DNA of 64,000 nucleotides from Chiloscyllium plagiosum (lineage: Eukaryota). The notes beneath the pieces are model-generated. The model saw only the letters and a list, made by a program, of their open reading frames with translations. It was not told the DNA's origin and made no database searches. Positions 12,241-26,021 of this stretch are shown here, one piece after another. Each line of letters opens with the position of its first letter. Positions within the stretch are counted from its first letter, which is position 1. A program made the translations under genes and the position numbers. The stretch spans positions 101,439 through 165,438 of the forward strand of contig NC_057753.1 in NCBI RefSeq assembly GCF_004010195.1, written 5' to 3'.

Positions 12241-12505
12241 AGTTAAAAATCACACAACACCAGGTTATAGTCCAACAGGTTTAATTGGAAGCACACTAGC
12301 TTTCGGAGCGACCCTCCTTCATCAGGTGATTGTCACAGAGTGAAGGAGCGTCGCTCCAAAAGCTAGTGTGCTTCCAATTAAACCTGTTGGACTATAACCT
12401 GACGTTGTATGATTTTTAACTTTATTAAACCTGTTGGACTATAACCTGGTGTTGTGTGATTTTTAACACTGTACACCCCAGTCCAACAGCGGCATCTCCG
12501 AATCA
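12241..12505. mobile_element. PLE-like family 2 terminal repeats in inverted arrangement
   Basis: 12241-12328 is the reverse complement of 12341-12470; ends in gtacaccccagtccaacagcggcatctcc. Confidence 0.7.
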
Positions 12506-15500
12506 TTGTTAATTTCCAATTGTGTTCTGGCCTCACATCACCACCTGAGGGAGCCATTGCATCTTCTATTCAGTTGTTCACTTTCACTCTGTCCTTATGA
12601 TCAGTTAAGTTCACTTCTCCTTCTCCCTTGTTATAAAGATCCTTTCTGCTCTTTTGATACCTGTGCGCAGGGTGACCTTATAAAGTCATGAGGGGCACGG
12701 ACAAAGTGAATGGTGGGTGTCCTTTCCCTGGGGGGGGGGGGGGGGACATTTCAAGACTGGGGAGGGGAGCACTTTTATAAGGCGAGAGGAGAAAGATTTA
12801 AATGAAGACATGAGGGTCATTTGTTGTATTTTTTTTGAACACAGAGAGTGGGTTGTGAACTTCCAGAGGTGGATGCATGTGCAGTCACAACATTTAACAA
12901 GCATTTGGATAAAGACATGGGGAGGAAAGGAGGGATGTGGACCAGGAGCAGGCAGGTGGGCCTACTTTCCTATGGGATTATGGTCAGCGTAGAATGTTCT
13001 GACCGAAAGGCCAGTTTCCGTGCTGCATGACCCTATAACTTGTCAGAACGCTGCTCTTTTTAACAAGATTATGTTGTCTTTGATTGTTTTTTCAAAGAGT
13101 TCTGATTAGATTTCCGACAGTGTGGAAACAGGCCCTTCGGCCCAACCAGTCCACACCGACCCTCTGAAGCGTAACCCACTCAGACCCATTTCCCTCTGAC
13201 TAATGCACCATGGGCAACCTGCACATCTTTGGACTGTGGGAGGAAACCGGAGCACCCGGAGGAAACCCACGCAGTCACGGGGAGAATGTGCAAACTCCAC
13301 ACAGTCAGTCGCCCCGAGGCTGGAATCGAACCTGGGACCGTGGTGCTGTGAGACAGCAGTGCTAACCCACTGAGCCACAGTGCCACCCCAGGGTTTTACG
13401 GCCAAATTGATTATAGCTAACGGACACTGCCTCAGGAAAAGGTTTTTAAAACCTTTTTTTTTGTAAAAACAAAATCACTTCTACAATGAAAGGGGAGCGG
13501 CTCAGCTTTTCTTTGGTTTGAGCTGTTCAGAGGGGCCGGTCAGTTTTAAGCTGGGGAATCCAGCGACAGTAGAACAAGGTTCCCTGCTAAATCTCTCTGC
13601 CACCTGTCCCTCCTGTCAGACCCGGTGATCAATTTTACCTCCTTGCGCCGAGGGGTGATTATAGGGATTGTTTGGAACAGCGTACTTAAGTCAGGATGAT
13701 CTGTTGGGTTTTCTGTCCTCTTCTGTTTGCCTTTCATTTGGTAATGCCAGTGGTCTCATTGAGTCTTAGAGATGTACAGCACAGAAACAGACCCTTCAGT
13801 TCAACTCCTCCATGCCGCCCAGATATCCCAACCCAATCTAATCCTGTTTGTCAGCACTTGGCCCATGTCTCTTTAAACCCTTCCTATTCATATACCCACG
13901 CGGATGCCTTTTAAACATTGCAATTGTACCAGCCTCCACCACTTCCTCTGGCAGCTCATTCCACACATGCACCACCCTCTGTGTGCTAGAGTTTCCCCTA
14001 AGATCCCTTTTATGTCTTTCCCCTCTCACCCTAAACCTATGCCCTCTAGTCTGGACTCCCCCACCCCAGGGAAAAGACTATTTATCCTATCCATGCCCCC
14101 TCATGATTTTATAAAGCACTGTTTTGTTGAAAACTGACTGGTCAGGCCTGTTACAGCACTCCGTGTTACATCTGCTTAAAACAACTAGCAAACGCAGGGT
14201 CTGGGTCATTTGCTTGAAATATTTCGGCAGGGGGGAGGGTCTGGCCCAGTCCGGAACAAACTGTCCATAGAATCGTAGAATTGCTTGAGTGCAGGAGACC
14301 ATCCGGGCCTGCGCTGGACAGTTGCTTGGTGTGAAGCTCATGACTTTGCCCCATTTCTGTTCAAGCACTCACCACTGCGGCCCTCTTGAATGGGCGGCAC
14401 GGTGGCTCAGTGGTTAACGCCACTGCCTCATGGCACCAGGGGCCTGGAGTCCATTCCAGCCTCGGGGTGACTGCCTGTGTGGGGTTTGCACGGCCCTCGT
14501 GGGTTTCCTCCCGCAATGGGAGAAAGTGAGGACAGCAGATGCCGGAGATCAGGCAGCATCCGAGGAGCAGGAGAGTCGACGTCTCGGGCATAAGCCCTCC
14601 ATCAGGAATCCCACAGTCCAAAGATGTGTAGCTTAGAGCGAATTGGCCTTGCTAAATTGCCCCATAGTGTTCAGGGGTGTAGAGGTTAGGTTCATTAGTC
14701 AGGGGAAACGTAGAGTGGTAGGGGAATGAGTCTGGGCCGGATACTCTTCAAAGGGCCGGTGACGACTTGTTGGGCCGAAGGGCCTGTTTCCACACTGTAG
14801 GGGGTGCTATGATCTACCACCACACTCTGAATGCTTCAGTTGAACCTGCCTCCACCACATTGCCAGGCAATGCATTCTATACCCTATCTACCCCAATGGG
14901 GCGGCACCGTGGTTAGCACTGCTGCCTCACAGCGCCAGGGACCCGGGTTCGATTCCAGCCTCGGGCGACTGTCTGTGTGGACATTGTATCTCCTGTTGTC
15001 CAAAGATGAACAGGTTGGGGTGCGGCAGTGGTGGGAAGGATGTGCAGATTAGGGATATTAAACGCGAAAGGGATAGGGTACTGAGTGGGCCCGGATGGGA
15101 TACTCTTCGGAGGGTTGGTATGCACCCGACGGGCTGAATGGCATCCACACTGGAGGGATTTGACGATTGGCTGTTTGAAGAAGTGTGTTTTCGCTTTGTT
15201 GGCACGTCACTTAAAATCTGTACCCTCCCCCAAATCCTCGCTCTCCTTTTTTGCTCTTTTACAAAGCGGTTATCGCTTCTCTCTGTGTACCCTGTCCCGG
15301 ACTTTGAAAACCTCTGTCAAACCCCCTTCTTGTCTCCGAGGCGGATAGTTCTCTATTTACCTGTAGCGGACGTTTCTCGTTCCCGCAGCCACTGGTGCAC
15401 TTGTTGTTTAAAAATTCACTCAGGGGACGAGGGCATCACTGGCCAGGCCTAGAATTTATAGCCCCATCCCTATAGTTGCCCAGAGGGAAGGTAAGAGTCA

Positions 15501-15821
15501 ACCGCATTGCTATGGGCCAGACCGGGTAAGGATGGCAGATTTCCTTATCTGCAGGACATTACTGAACCAGAAGACTTTTCTTTTTGGGTAATGGATTCAC
15601 GGGTCACTAGTGAATCTGTATTTTTATTGAATTCAAATTGTCTCAGTAAGGTTTGAATCTGCGCCCCCACACTGTTATTTGGGTCTCTGGGTTAATATGA
15701 TAATTCGATAGTGATCATACCACTAGGCTACAGCCTAACTCGCTCCTGTGCTCTTTCCAACGCTTTCACATTTTTCCTATCAATTAGTGCGCAGGAGACA
15801 GTGCGGACTGCAGATTCTAGA

Positions 15822-16205
15822 TTAGGGTGGTGCTGGAAAAGCACAGCAGGTCAGGCAGCATCCGAAAAGCAGGAAAAATCGACGTTTCGGGCAATAGCCC
15901 TTCATCAGGAACAGAGGCAGAGTGCCTGCAGAGTGGTGAGATAACTGAGAGGGAGGTAAGGCTGGGGAGAAAGTAGCAGAGAGTACAATAGGTGAATGGG
16001 GGTGGGGATTGAGGTGATAGCCCAGGACCTCCATGTCCTCGGCAGAGTGGGAGGGGGAGTTGAAATGTTGGGCCATGGGGCGGTGTGGTTGATTGGTGCG
16101 GGTGTCTCGGAGATGTTCCCTAAAGCGTTCTGCATACACTAGAGAGTCAGACTCGAAAAGTGTGTTACCGGGGAAAGCAGAGCAGGTCAGGCAGCATCCG
16201 AGGGG
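15822..16205 (-). mobile_element. Penelope-like element fragment with GIY-YIG endonuclease C-terminal remnant
   Basis: AERFREHLRDTRTNQPHRPMAQHFNSPSHSAEDMEVLG (about 16020-16135), flanked by family-1 terminal repeats; the RF.EH...HF motif is typical of PLE endonucleases. Confidence 0.75.
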
Positions 16206-17470
16206 TGGCTCAGTGCTTAGCACCGCTGCCTCACAGCACCAGGGATCCCAGGTTTGATTCCGGCCTCGGGTGACTGGCCGTGTGGAATGTGCACATTCTC
16301 CCCGTGTCTGCGTGGGGGTCTCCCAGAAACCAGAAAACTGCAGGTCAGGAGAATTGGCTGTGCTAAATTGCTCGTAGTGTTAGTGGGAGGAAAATGGGTC
16401 TTTGTGGGGGTTACTCTGCGGACGGTCAGTGTGGACCTGTCCCCACACTGTAGGGAATCTAATCATCCGTTGTGGGCAGGAGAGTTTTAGGCATAAGCCC
16501 TAACATTCCAGCCTCGGGGCGACTGACTGTGTGGAGTTTGCACATTCTCCCCGTGTCTGCGTGGGTTTCCTCCGGGATGCTCCAGTTTCCTCCCACAGTC
16601 CAAAAATATGCAGGTCAGGGTGAATTGGCCATGCTAAATTGCCCATCGTGCTAGGTGCATTAGTCAGGGGTAAATGTAGGGGAATGGGTCTGGGTGGGTT
16701 ACTCTTCGGAGGGGTCGGCGTGGACTTGACGGGCCGAAGGGCCTGTTTTCACACTGTAGGGAATCTAATCTAATCAGATCAAACATCTGTCCTACATCTA
16801 TCACCCCTCAGTTTAAAGCGACGTCCACTCATGCTAGCCGTCACCATCCGACGAAAAAGGCTCTTACAGTCCAACCCTATCTTACCCTCTGATAGTCTTG
16901 TATGTCTCTATTAAGTCACGTCTCTGCTCTCTAACGAACACAGCCTCGAGCCCCTCAGCCTTTTACGTAGTCTTTCGGTGTTCATCTGACCAAACTGCAT
17001 CATCTCACAGGTCTTTGCGTTGAACATGGTCTTGCCATCGATCTACCAATTTGCCGACATCCTTTTGGAATTCACAATTTCCAAATTCTTCCAGGTTTTG
17101 CATCATCCCCGACCATGGGCATCCAGAAACAGCAGGGGATTCTCCTCTCTGTCCCTTTGTAACCCCCCCACGCCTCACCCCGTCCAACCTCTGAACAGGT
17201 CTCCGGGTTCACAGTCTAAGGGATAAAGGGGTGAGCCATTCGGGACTGAGCTGAGGGAGAATTCCTTCGCTCGGGGAGATGCGAACCCACGGAATTCCCT
17301 CCCTCCCCCCCCCCCCCCAGAAAGCCGCTGGGGCCGGTGCGTTGGATATATTCAACGGGGATCTGGACATGGCCCTGGGGGCTGAAGGGATATGGGAGCA
17401 GGAATACTGAGATCGTGTGGTTGGCCAGACCCGAAGGGCTGAAAGGCCTACTCCAGCAGACAATTTTTAT

Positions 17471-20368
17471 GTTAGATTCCCTCCAGTGTGGAAATAGGCC
17501 ATTTGGCCCAATGAGTCCATACTGACCCTTTGAAGGGTAACCAACCCAGACCAATTCTCCTACATTTACCCCTGACCAATGCATCTAACCTACACATCCC
17601 TGGGCACTCTGGGTAATTTAGCATGGCCAGTCCACCCTAACCTACACATCCCTGGGCACTATGGGTAATTTAGCATGGACAATACACCTTAACCTACCCA
17701 TTCCTGGGCATTATGGGTAATTTACCTGGGCCAATCCACTCTAACCGACACATCCCTGGGCACCATATGTAACTTAGCACAGCCAATCCACCATGACCTG
17801 CACATCCCTGGGCATAGAACATGGAACAATACATCACAGAATAGGCCCTTCTGCCCTCGATGTTGCGCGAACCTGTGAACTATTCTCAGCTCCTCCCCCT
17901 ACACCATCCCATCATCATCCATGAGCTTATCTAAGGATTGTTTAAATCTCCCTAATGTGGCTGAGTTGACTACATTAGCAGGTAGGGCATTCCATGTCCT
18001 TACCACTCTCAGCGTAAAGAACCTGCCTCTGATATCTGTCTTAAATCTATCGCCCCCTCAATTTGTAGTTATGCCCCTTCATACAAGCTGACGTCATCGT
18101 CCTAGGAAAAGGACTTTCACTGCCTACCCTCTCTAATCCTCTGACCATGTCTCTGTCAAATCCCCTCTTAGCCGCCTTCTTGCCAATGAGAACAGACCCA
18201 AGTCTCTCAGCCTTTCCTCATAAGACCTTCCGTCCAGACCAGGCAACATCCTGGTAAATCTCCTCTGCACCTTTTCCAATGCTTCCACATCCTTCCCGAA
18301 ATATGGGGACCAGAACTGTACACAATATTCCAAGGGTGGCCGCACCAGCGTTTTATATAGTTGCAGCATGATATTGCGGTTCCGGAACTCAATCCTTCTA
18401 TGAATGAAACCTAACACACTGTATGCCTTCTTAACAGCACTATCCACCTGAGTGGCAACTTTCNNNNNNNNNNNNNNNNNNNNNNNNNNNNNNNNNNNNN
18501 NNNNNNNNNNNNNNNNNNNNNNNNNNNNNAACTGGACTCCAGACTGAATATTTTCCATCAACTACCACTCGCTGCCTTCTTTCAGAAAGCCAGTTTCTAA
18601 TCCAAACTGCTAAATCACCCTCAGTCCCATGCCTCAGCATTTTCCCCAACAGCCCACCATGTGGAACCTTATCAAAGGCTTTACTGAAGTCCATGTACAC
18701 CACGTCAACTGCCCTACCCTCATCCACATGCTTGGTCACCTTCTCAAAAAACTCAGAGGTTTGTGAGACACGACCTGCCCTTGACAAAACCATGTTGACT
18801 ATCTGAAATCAAATTGTTGCTGGCTAGATGATTATAAATCCGATCTCTAATATTCCTTTACAAAATCTTTCCTACAACAGAAGTAAGGCTCACTGGTCTA
18901 TAATTACCTGGGTCATCTATGCTGCCCTTCTTGAACAAGGGCACAACATTTGCAATCCTCCAGTCCTCAGGTACTAAACCCGTAGACAATGACGACTCAA
19001 ATATCAATGCCAAAGGCTCTGCTATCTCCTCCCTGGCTTCCCAGAGAATCCTCGGATAAATCCCATCCGGCCCAGGGGACTTGCCTATTTTCACTCCTTC
19101 TAGAATTGATAACACCTGTGTGTAACTAACCTCGATCCTTTCGAGTCTAATATCTCATACCTCATTCTTCTCCTCTACAATATTCTCCTTTTCCTGAGTG
19201 AAAACNNNNNNNNNNNNNNNNNNNNNNNNNNNNNNNNNNNNNNNNNNNNNTTTTATTCCGCACATACCTATAGAAAGCTTTAGGGTTCTCCTTTATTCTA
19301 TTTGCTAAAGACTGCTCGTGTCCTCTCTTTGCTCTTCTTAACTCTCTCTTTAAATCTTTCTGAGCTGATCTGTAACTCAAACTAAGGGTAATTTAGCATG
19401 GCCAATCCACCCTAACCTGCACATCCCTGTGCATTGTGGGTAATTTAGCACGGCCAATCCACCTGAACCTACACATCCCTGGGCATTGTGGGTAATTTAG
19501 CATGGCCAATCCACCCGAACCTACACATCCCTGTGCATTGTGGGTAATTTAGCACAGCCAATCCACCCTAACCTACACATCCCTGGGCACTATGGGTAAT
19601 TAACCATGGCCCATCCACCCTAACCTGCACATCCCTGTGCATTGTGGGTAATTTAGCATGGCCCCTCCACCCTAACCTGCACATCCCTGTGCATTGTGGG
19701 TAATTTAGCACGGCCAATCCACCCTAACCTGCACATCCCTGTGCATTGTGGGTAATTTAGCACGGCCAATCCACCCTAACCTGCACATCCCTGTGCATTG
19801 TGGGTAATTTAGCATGGCCCCTCCACCCTAACCTGCACATCCCTGTGCATTGTGGATAATTTAGCACGGCCAATCCACCCTAACCTGCATATCCCTGTGC
19901 ATTGTGGGTAATTTAGCATAGCCAATACACCCTAACCTGCACATCCCTGTGCATTGTGGGTAATTTAGCATGGCCAATCCACCCTAACCTGCACATCCCT
20001 GTGCATTGTGGGTAATTTAGCACGGCCAATCCACCCTATCCTACACATCCCTGGGCATTGAGGGTAATTTAGCTTGGCCAATCCAACCTAACCCACACAT
20101 CCCTGGGCATTGTGGGTAATTTAGCATGGCCAATTCACCCTAAATTGCACATCCCTGGGCATTGTGGGTAATTTACCTGGACCAATCCACTCTAACCTGC
20201 ACATCTTCGGACTGTGGGAGGAAACCAGAGCACCCGGGGGACACCCACGCAGACGCCGTGGGGGAGGGGAGAATGTGCAAACTGCACACAGACAGTCACC
20301 CTGAGGCTGGAATCAAACCCGGGTCCTTGGCATTGTGAGGCAGCGGTGCTAACCACTGAGCCACCCCA
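17471..20368 (-). mobile_element. HE1-like V-SINE with expanded 52-bp array (17585-17813 and 19381-20205), split by a CR1 insertion
   Basis: LINE-derived tail at 17471-17585, tRNA-like head at 20300-20368, about 20 monomers either side of the CR1 fragment. Confidence 0.85.
17813..19380 (-). mobile_element. CR1-clade LINE, ORF2 RT fragment plus 3' tail (two small gaps)
   Basis: KSPGPDGIYPRIL...NYRPVSLTSVVGK, VDVVYMDFSKAFDKVPH, LYKTLVRPPLEYCVQFWSP. Confidence 0.92.
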
Positions 20369-21226
20369 AATATTTCTCACTATCACTTCTCTCAAGCTCT
20401 TTTCCATCCAAATGCAAATTGTTCTCTCTTCCCACTAATTTTACTCACTCCCCGACCTTTTCCGGCAGGCCTGAACTCCCCCCAGATCGCTTGGGCTGGA
20501 AGATACGGAAACATAACTCAGCCACTCTACCCATCGTGCCTGCTTTACCATTGGGAATGATCTGATCACCCTCCACTCCACTTTCCCGAAGAAGGGCTCA
20601 TGCCCGAAACGTCGGTTCTCCTGCTCCTAGGATGCTGCCTGACCCGCTGCGCTTTTCCAGCAACACGTTTTCAGCTCTGCCTTGAATATCCTCAATAACC
20701 CAGCAGCCCCTTGCAGTGAAGAATTCCAGATTCACTCCTCCCCCTGCCTGGAGAGAGAGGAAATTCCTTGTCGTCAACAGGCCACCCCCTCACTTGGAGA
20801 TGGCGCCCCCTCTGGTCCTACACTCTCCCACACAAGGGGAAACGACCTTTCCACTCCGAGCCTCTCAAGTCTTCCCAAAGAGTCTTTTATTTTAATACGG
20901 TCGCCTCTCCTTCTAAATGCAGGCCCAAGGCACTCAACCTCTTCAAAGGCAGTCCCTCGGTATCGATCTCTGGACTGTCTCCGACGCCTGCAATAAATTT
21001 CTTTCAGAGACAAAAAAGCTGCTCATGGTATTCTCAATATGGTTGAACTAGGTGCCTCGTAGAATGCATTTCAGCAAAATCTCCTGACTTCACTATTTCC
21101 TTTGAAATAAACACACCATTTGTCTTCCCCATCACCCGCTGAATTTGAATGTTCACTTTTTTGAGATTCGTGGACGAGAATTCCCAAATCCCTTTACTTC
21201 TATGGCTTTCTGCATTTTTTCTCCAG

Positions 21227-22742
21227 TGTTCTGAAGCTGAAGGCTGTTCTAAACTGCGAGCTTACAAGCCCCTCTATGTCTGACTAGGTGGCAGTCCCAC
21301 AGTGTACTGGAAAATTGAAAAGAGGCTGTGAAAGGGATACCTGAGCTTTGGTTGCTGCTTTGACAACAATTTGAATTTAACCAGTCAGTTTAAATTATGC
21401 CCCAGAATACTAAAACCCAATCGAATTGCATTTATTGTTTTGCCAACTTTGAACCAATGAGATGATCCAATGTTGGGGATATAAAAACGCAGACATTTTG
21501 AAAATTGCTGAGAGAGCAAATGCCGTCGAGACAGAAACGCAGGGAGAGCTAACACCTTGCTCCCCAAGAAATGAGGAAACCCTCTCTATCAAAAGGGACC
21601 TTTTCATATGAAAGATACTCGCAGTAAAAAGAAAGATGATGACTCAGGGAGATCCTCAGCTGGAAGAGGGAAGACAGAAGACGACAGTGGCTGTGTGGTT
21701 TTGAAAATAAATTGACCAGATGGGCCAATGGGCTGAGAAGTGGCAGATGGAGTTTAATTCAGATAAATGCGAGGTGCTGCATTTTGGGAAAGCAAATATT
21801 AGCAGGACTTATACACTTAATGGTAATTAGGCCACTGTTGGAATATTGCATGCAATTCTGGTCTCCTTCCTATCGGAAAGATGTTGTGAAACTTGAAAGG
21901 GTTCAGAAAAGATTTACAAGGATATTGCCAGGGTTGGAGGATCTGAGCTACAGGGAGAGGCTGAACCGACTGGGGCTGTTTTCCCTGGAGCGTCAGAGGC
22001 TGAGGGGGTGACCTTACAGAGGTTTATAAAATTGAAGGGCATGGATAGGGTAAATAGACAAAGTCTTTTCCTTGGGTTCGGGGAGTCCAGAACTAGAGGG
22101 CATAGATTTAGGGTGAGAGGGGAAAGATATAAAAGAGACCTAAGGGGCAACTGTTTCACGCAGAGAGTGGCACATGTATGGAATGAGCTGCCAGAGAAAA
22201 TGGCGGAGGCTGGTACATTTGCAACATTTAAGAGGCATCTGGATGGGGATATGAATAGGAAGAGTTTGGAGGGATATGGGCCGGGTGCTGGCAGGTGGGA
22301 CTAGATTGGGTTGGGATATCTGGTCGGCATGGACGGGTTGGACCGAAGGGTCTGTTTCCATGCTGTACATCTCTATGACTCCATGTAATTTTACTAAGTT
22401 TTATTGGAACAGCATATTGTTATAGAGTTGGAGGCAGATAATAAGCAGTTACGGGAAAGAGGGGCTTAGAATTGGGAATGTTTAATGTTCAAAGAAAAAA
22501 ATAAATTGAAGTTAGTCATGATTTAGAGACGCCGGTGTTGGACTGGGGTGTAAATCACACAACACCGAAAGCTACTGTGCTTCCAATTAAACCTGTTGGA
22601 CTATAACTGGTATTGGGTGATTTTTAAATTGATGTTATTTTCGTTAAATAGTGGAATTCGGGAGTTCTCTCTCACTCACATTACGAGGCAAGGTGAGCGT
22701 TTCTGGGCGTTAGATTGAAGAGTTCCCTGTTGTGTCGTAACA
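21227..22742 (+). mobile_element. Solo LTR (family X) with nested CR1 (21712-22383) and PLE family-2 fragment (about 22515-22627)
   Basis: TGT...ACA termini with perfect 4-bp TSD ccag. Confidence 0.78.
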
Positions 22743-23249
22743 CCAGTTAAATAATATTCAGCTCCTCTATCCTTCCTGAGAAAGTGGCGGACGCGATGAC
22801 AGATACATTGAAAAGACATTTGGATAAGGACATGAATAGGAAAGGTTTGGAAGGATATGGGCTAGGAGCAGGCAGGTGGGACCAGTTTAGTTTGGGATTA
22901 TGGTCAGCATGGACTGGTTGGACCAAAGGGTTTGTCTCCAATGCTGTTGGAACTCCACGGACTTACTTGCCTATGTTGTATTCCTGGAAAAGCACAGCCG
23001 GTCAGGCAGCACCCGAGGAGCAGGAAAATCGACGTTTCGGGTTTAAGACCTTCATTAGGTTCCTGATTGAAACGTCGGTTCTCCTGCTCCTCGGATGCTG
23101 CCTGACCTGCTGTGCTTTTCGAACACCATACGCTTGGATTCTGATCTCTAGCGTCGGCAGTCACTTTCTCCTACGTTGGATTCCTCCGGACAAGTTGTTG
23201 CTCGACCTGTCGATTTCCCTTCACAGATTCTGTGCACCAGCCACAAACT

Positions 23250-23606
23250 TAGAATCTTAGAATCCCCTACAGTGCGGAAACAGGCCGTTCGCCCAACAAG
23301 TCCACACCGACCCTTCGAAGAGTAACCCACCCAGACCCATTCCCCTACCCTATTACCCGACATTTACCCCTGACCAATGCATCTTACCTACACGTCCCTG
23401 AACACTACGGGCAATTTAGCGTGGCCAATTCACCCTAACCCGCACATCTTTAGGACTGTGGGAGGAAACTGGAGCACCCAGAGGAAACCCACGCAGACAC
23501 GGGGAGAAGGGGAAAATCCACACAGACAGTCGCCAGAGGCTGGAATCCAACCTGGGACCCTGGTGCGGTGAGGCAGCAGTGCTAACCACTGAGCCACTGT
23601 GCCACC
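23250..23606 (-). mobile_element. Full-length HE1-like V-SINE (other - copies at about 3900-4145, 13105-13390, 58973-59305)
   Basis: Reverse complement of the same head/core/tail layout. Confidence 0.88.
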
Positions 23607-24094
23607 TGTCAATTTGGGTAGAACATAGATAAAATAGATATTTTTGACCAATGAGCCCAAGTGCCTCTGTCTGTGGCTGTAGGTCTCGATGACTCAGTTC
23701 CCTTTCCTCATCGAAATAATTATGGCTCCAGCGGTAATCCCAGCGGCACTTCACTAGGGGTCGCCCTTTTGAAAATGCCCCCTTTATCCCAATTCTGGTA
23801 ATCAGCCGATTTTTGAGGGACACAGAGTCCGACAGCGCGGAAACAGACCCTTCGGTCCGACCAGTCCACGCCGAACATGATCCCAAACTAAACTAGTCCC
23901 ACCTGCCTGCTCCTGGGCCATATCCTTCCAAACATTTCCTTCTTATCAAATGTCTTTTCAAAATGTTGTAACTGTACCTGAGTCCACCACTTCCTCATGC
24001 TGATCTATTCCCTCCAACACCATGGGCTCTTGTCTTGTTAAGGAGCACCCAACATAGCTGGCTTAATAAATGCTTTCCAAAAAATCCAAATACA

Positions 24095-24940
24095 CAGAGG
24101 GTTGTGTTTCAGACTGGAGGCCTGTGACCAGTGGAGTGCCACAAGGATCGGTGCTGGGCCCTCTACTTTTTGTCATTTACATAAATGATTTGGATGCGAG
24201 CATAAGGGGTACAGTTAGTAAGTTTGCAGATGACACCAAAATTGGAGATGTAGTGGACAGCGAAGAGGGTTACCTCAGATTACAACAGGATCTGGACCAG
24301 ATGGGCCAATGGGCTGAGAAGTGACAGATGGAGTTTAATTCAGATAAATGCGAGGTGCTGCATTTTGGGAAAGCAAATCTTAGCAAATCTTTATACACTT
24401 AATGGTAAGGTCCTAGGGAGTGTTGCTGAACAAAGAGACCTTGGAGTGCAGGTTCACAGTTCCTTGAAAGTGGAATCACAGGTAGATAGGATAGTGAGGA
24501 AGGCGTTTGGGATGCTTTCCTTTATTGGTCAGAGTACTGAGTACAGGAGTTGGGAGGTCATGTTGCGGCTGTACAGGACATTGGTTAGGTCACTGTTGGA
24601 ATATTGCGTGCAATTCTGGTCTCCCTCCTGTAGGAAGGATGTTGTGAAACTTGAAAGGGTTCGGAAAAGATTTACAAGGATGTTGGAGGGTTTGAGCTGG
24701 AGGGAGAGGCTGAACAGGCTGGGGCTGTTTTCCCTGGAGCGTCAGGGTTGGAGGATTTGGGGGTGGGGGCTGGAGGTTAAGATTCAGGGGCATGTTTTTA
24801 ATGGAGAGAGATTTAAAAAGGACACAGGGAGTGGGGGGGGGGGGGTGACTTTCTTTACCCAGAGGGCATGGAATGAACTTCCTGTGGTTGCAGCAGACAC
24901 GGGCACAGTTACAACGTTTGAAAGACATTTGGATCAAGGC
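24095..24940 (+). mobile_element. CR1 LINE RT fragment
   Basis: [27 protein letters not shown]...SKFADDTK; in-frame stop and frameshift. Confidence 0.92.
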
Positions 24941-25411
24941 ATTGTGGGAGATTCATTATAACTCAAGCAGCCATCTTGTCGCATACTAAAAGCCTGGAAT
25001 CCATTTTAATTTTCATGTTCGTGTCCTCTTGTACATTCCCAGGCTCAGTGTGGTGGCTGTCCTTGAGGCTGTACTAGCACCTGATAGTGAAACTCTTTCC
25101 CAGTATGGGAATGTTCTTTTTATACAAGAATCTACTGTTATACTAACACTTGGTTATCAGCTACTAACCAGCACTGTGCAGACACTCCGTGACTGAGGCT
25201 GGTGACTGGGCAAAGTGCCCAATTACTCATTATACTGCAATTAACAGTTTGCTAATTGTTAAATGATTGTAACCTGCAAAATCACGCAACTCTCTGCATC
25301 TCGTCAGAGTGGCTTGTGACCATTAGGTCAACTGGTCTCTCCCAGTGAGCTCACCAATAAACAGTCAAACTCAAGTTTTGCATGGCGCAATTCATTGCTC
25401 CCCTAAGTTAC

Positions 25412-25733
25412 GGGGTGGCCCGGTGGCTCAGTGGTTAGCACTGCTGCCTCACAGCCCCAGGGTCCCAGGTTCGATTCCAGCCTTGGGCGACTGACTGTGT
25501 GGAGTTTGCACATTCTCTCCGTGTCTGTGCGGGTTTCCTCCGGGTGCTCCGGTTTCCTCCCACAGTCCAAAAGGTGTGCGGGTTAGGTGAATTGGCCAGG
25601 CTAAACTGCCCGTAGTGTTAGGTGAAGGTGTAAATGTAGGGGTATGGGTCTGGGGTGGGTTGCTCTTCGGAGGGTCGGTGTGGACTTGTTGGGCTGAAGG
25701 GCCTGTTTCCACCCTGTAGGGAATCTAATCTAA
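25412..25733 (+). mobile_element. Full-length HE1-like V-SINE (other + copies at about 10093-10380, 14392-14810, 14897-15155, 16203-16462, 16505-16775)
   Basis: tRNA-like head with A box (tggctcagtgg) and B box (ggttcgattcc), central ctgtgtggagtttgcacattctc core, CR1-derived tail ending aatctaatct. Confidence 0.9.
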
Positions 25734-26021
25734 TTTAAATTGGACTGTTAAATTGGACAGTCACCCCACTGCATAATTTATCCCAGCCCCAACAGACGGG
25801 AACAGGAAAGGGTTGGAGGGATATGGGCCGGGAGCAGGCTGGTGGGATTAGTTTAGTCTGGGATTCCGTTTAGCCTGGGCTGGTTGGGCCGAAGTGTTTG
25901 TGCCAGAGGATGATGACATTTTCGCTTTGCTCCCCCCCTCTACAACCCTCATCTTTCAAGGCGGTCAGGTAAAGTGAGCCTCGCTTCAATACAAAGGATG
26001 CAAATACCTCCAAGAGAAATA

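Noticed and set aside
24943..25411. Possible solo LTR between a CR1 and a SINE
   Set aside because: TG start and AATAAA present but no CA end, TSD or second copy in the window.
25412..25485. tRNA-like sequences (several)
   Set aside because: They are SINE heads continuing into the SINE core and LINE-derived tail, not free tRNA genes.
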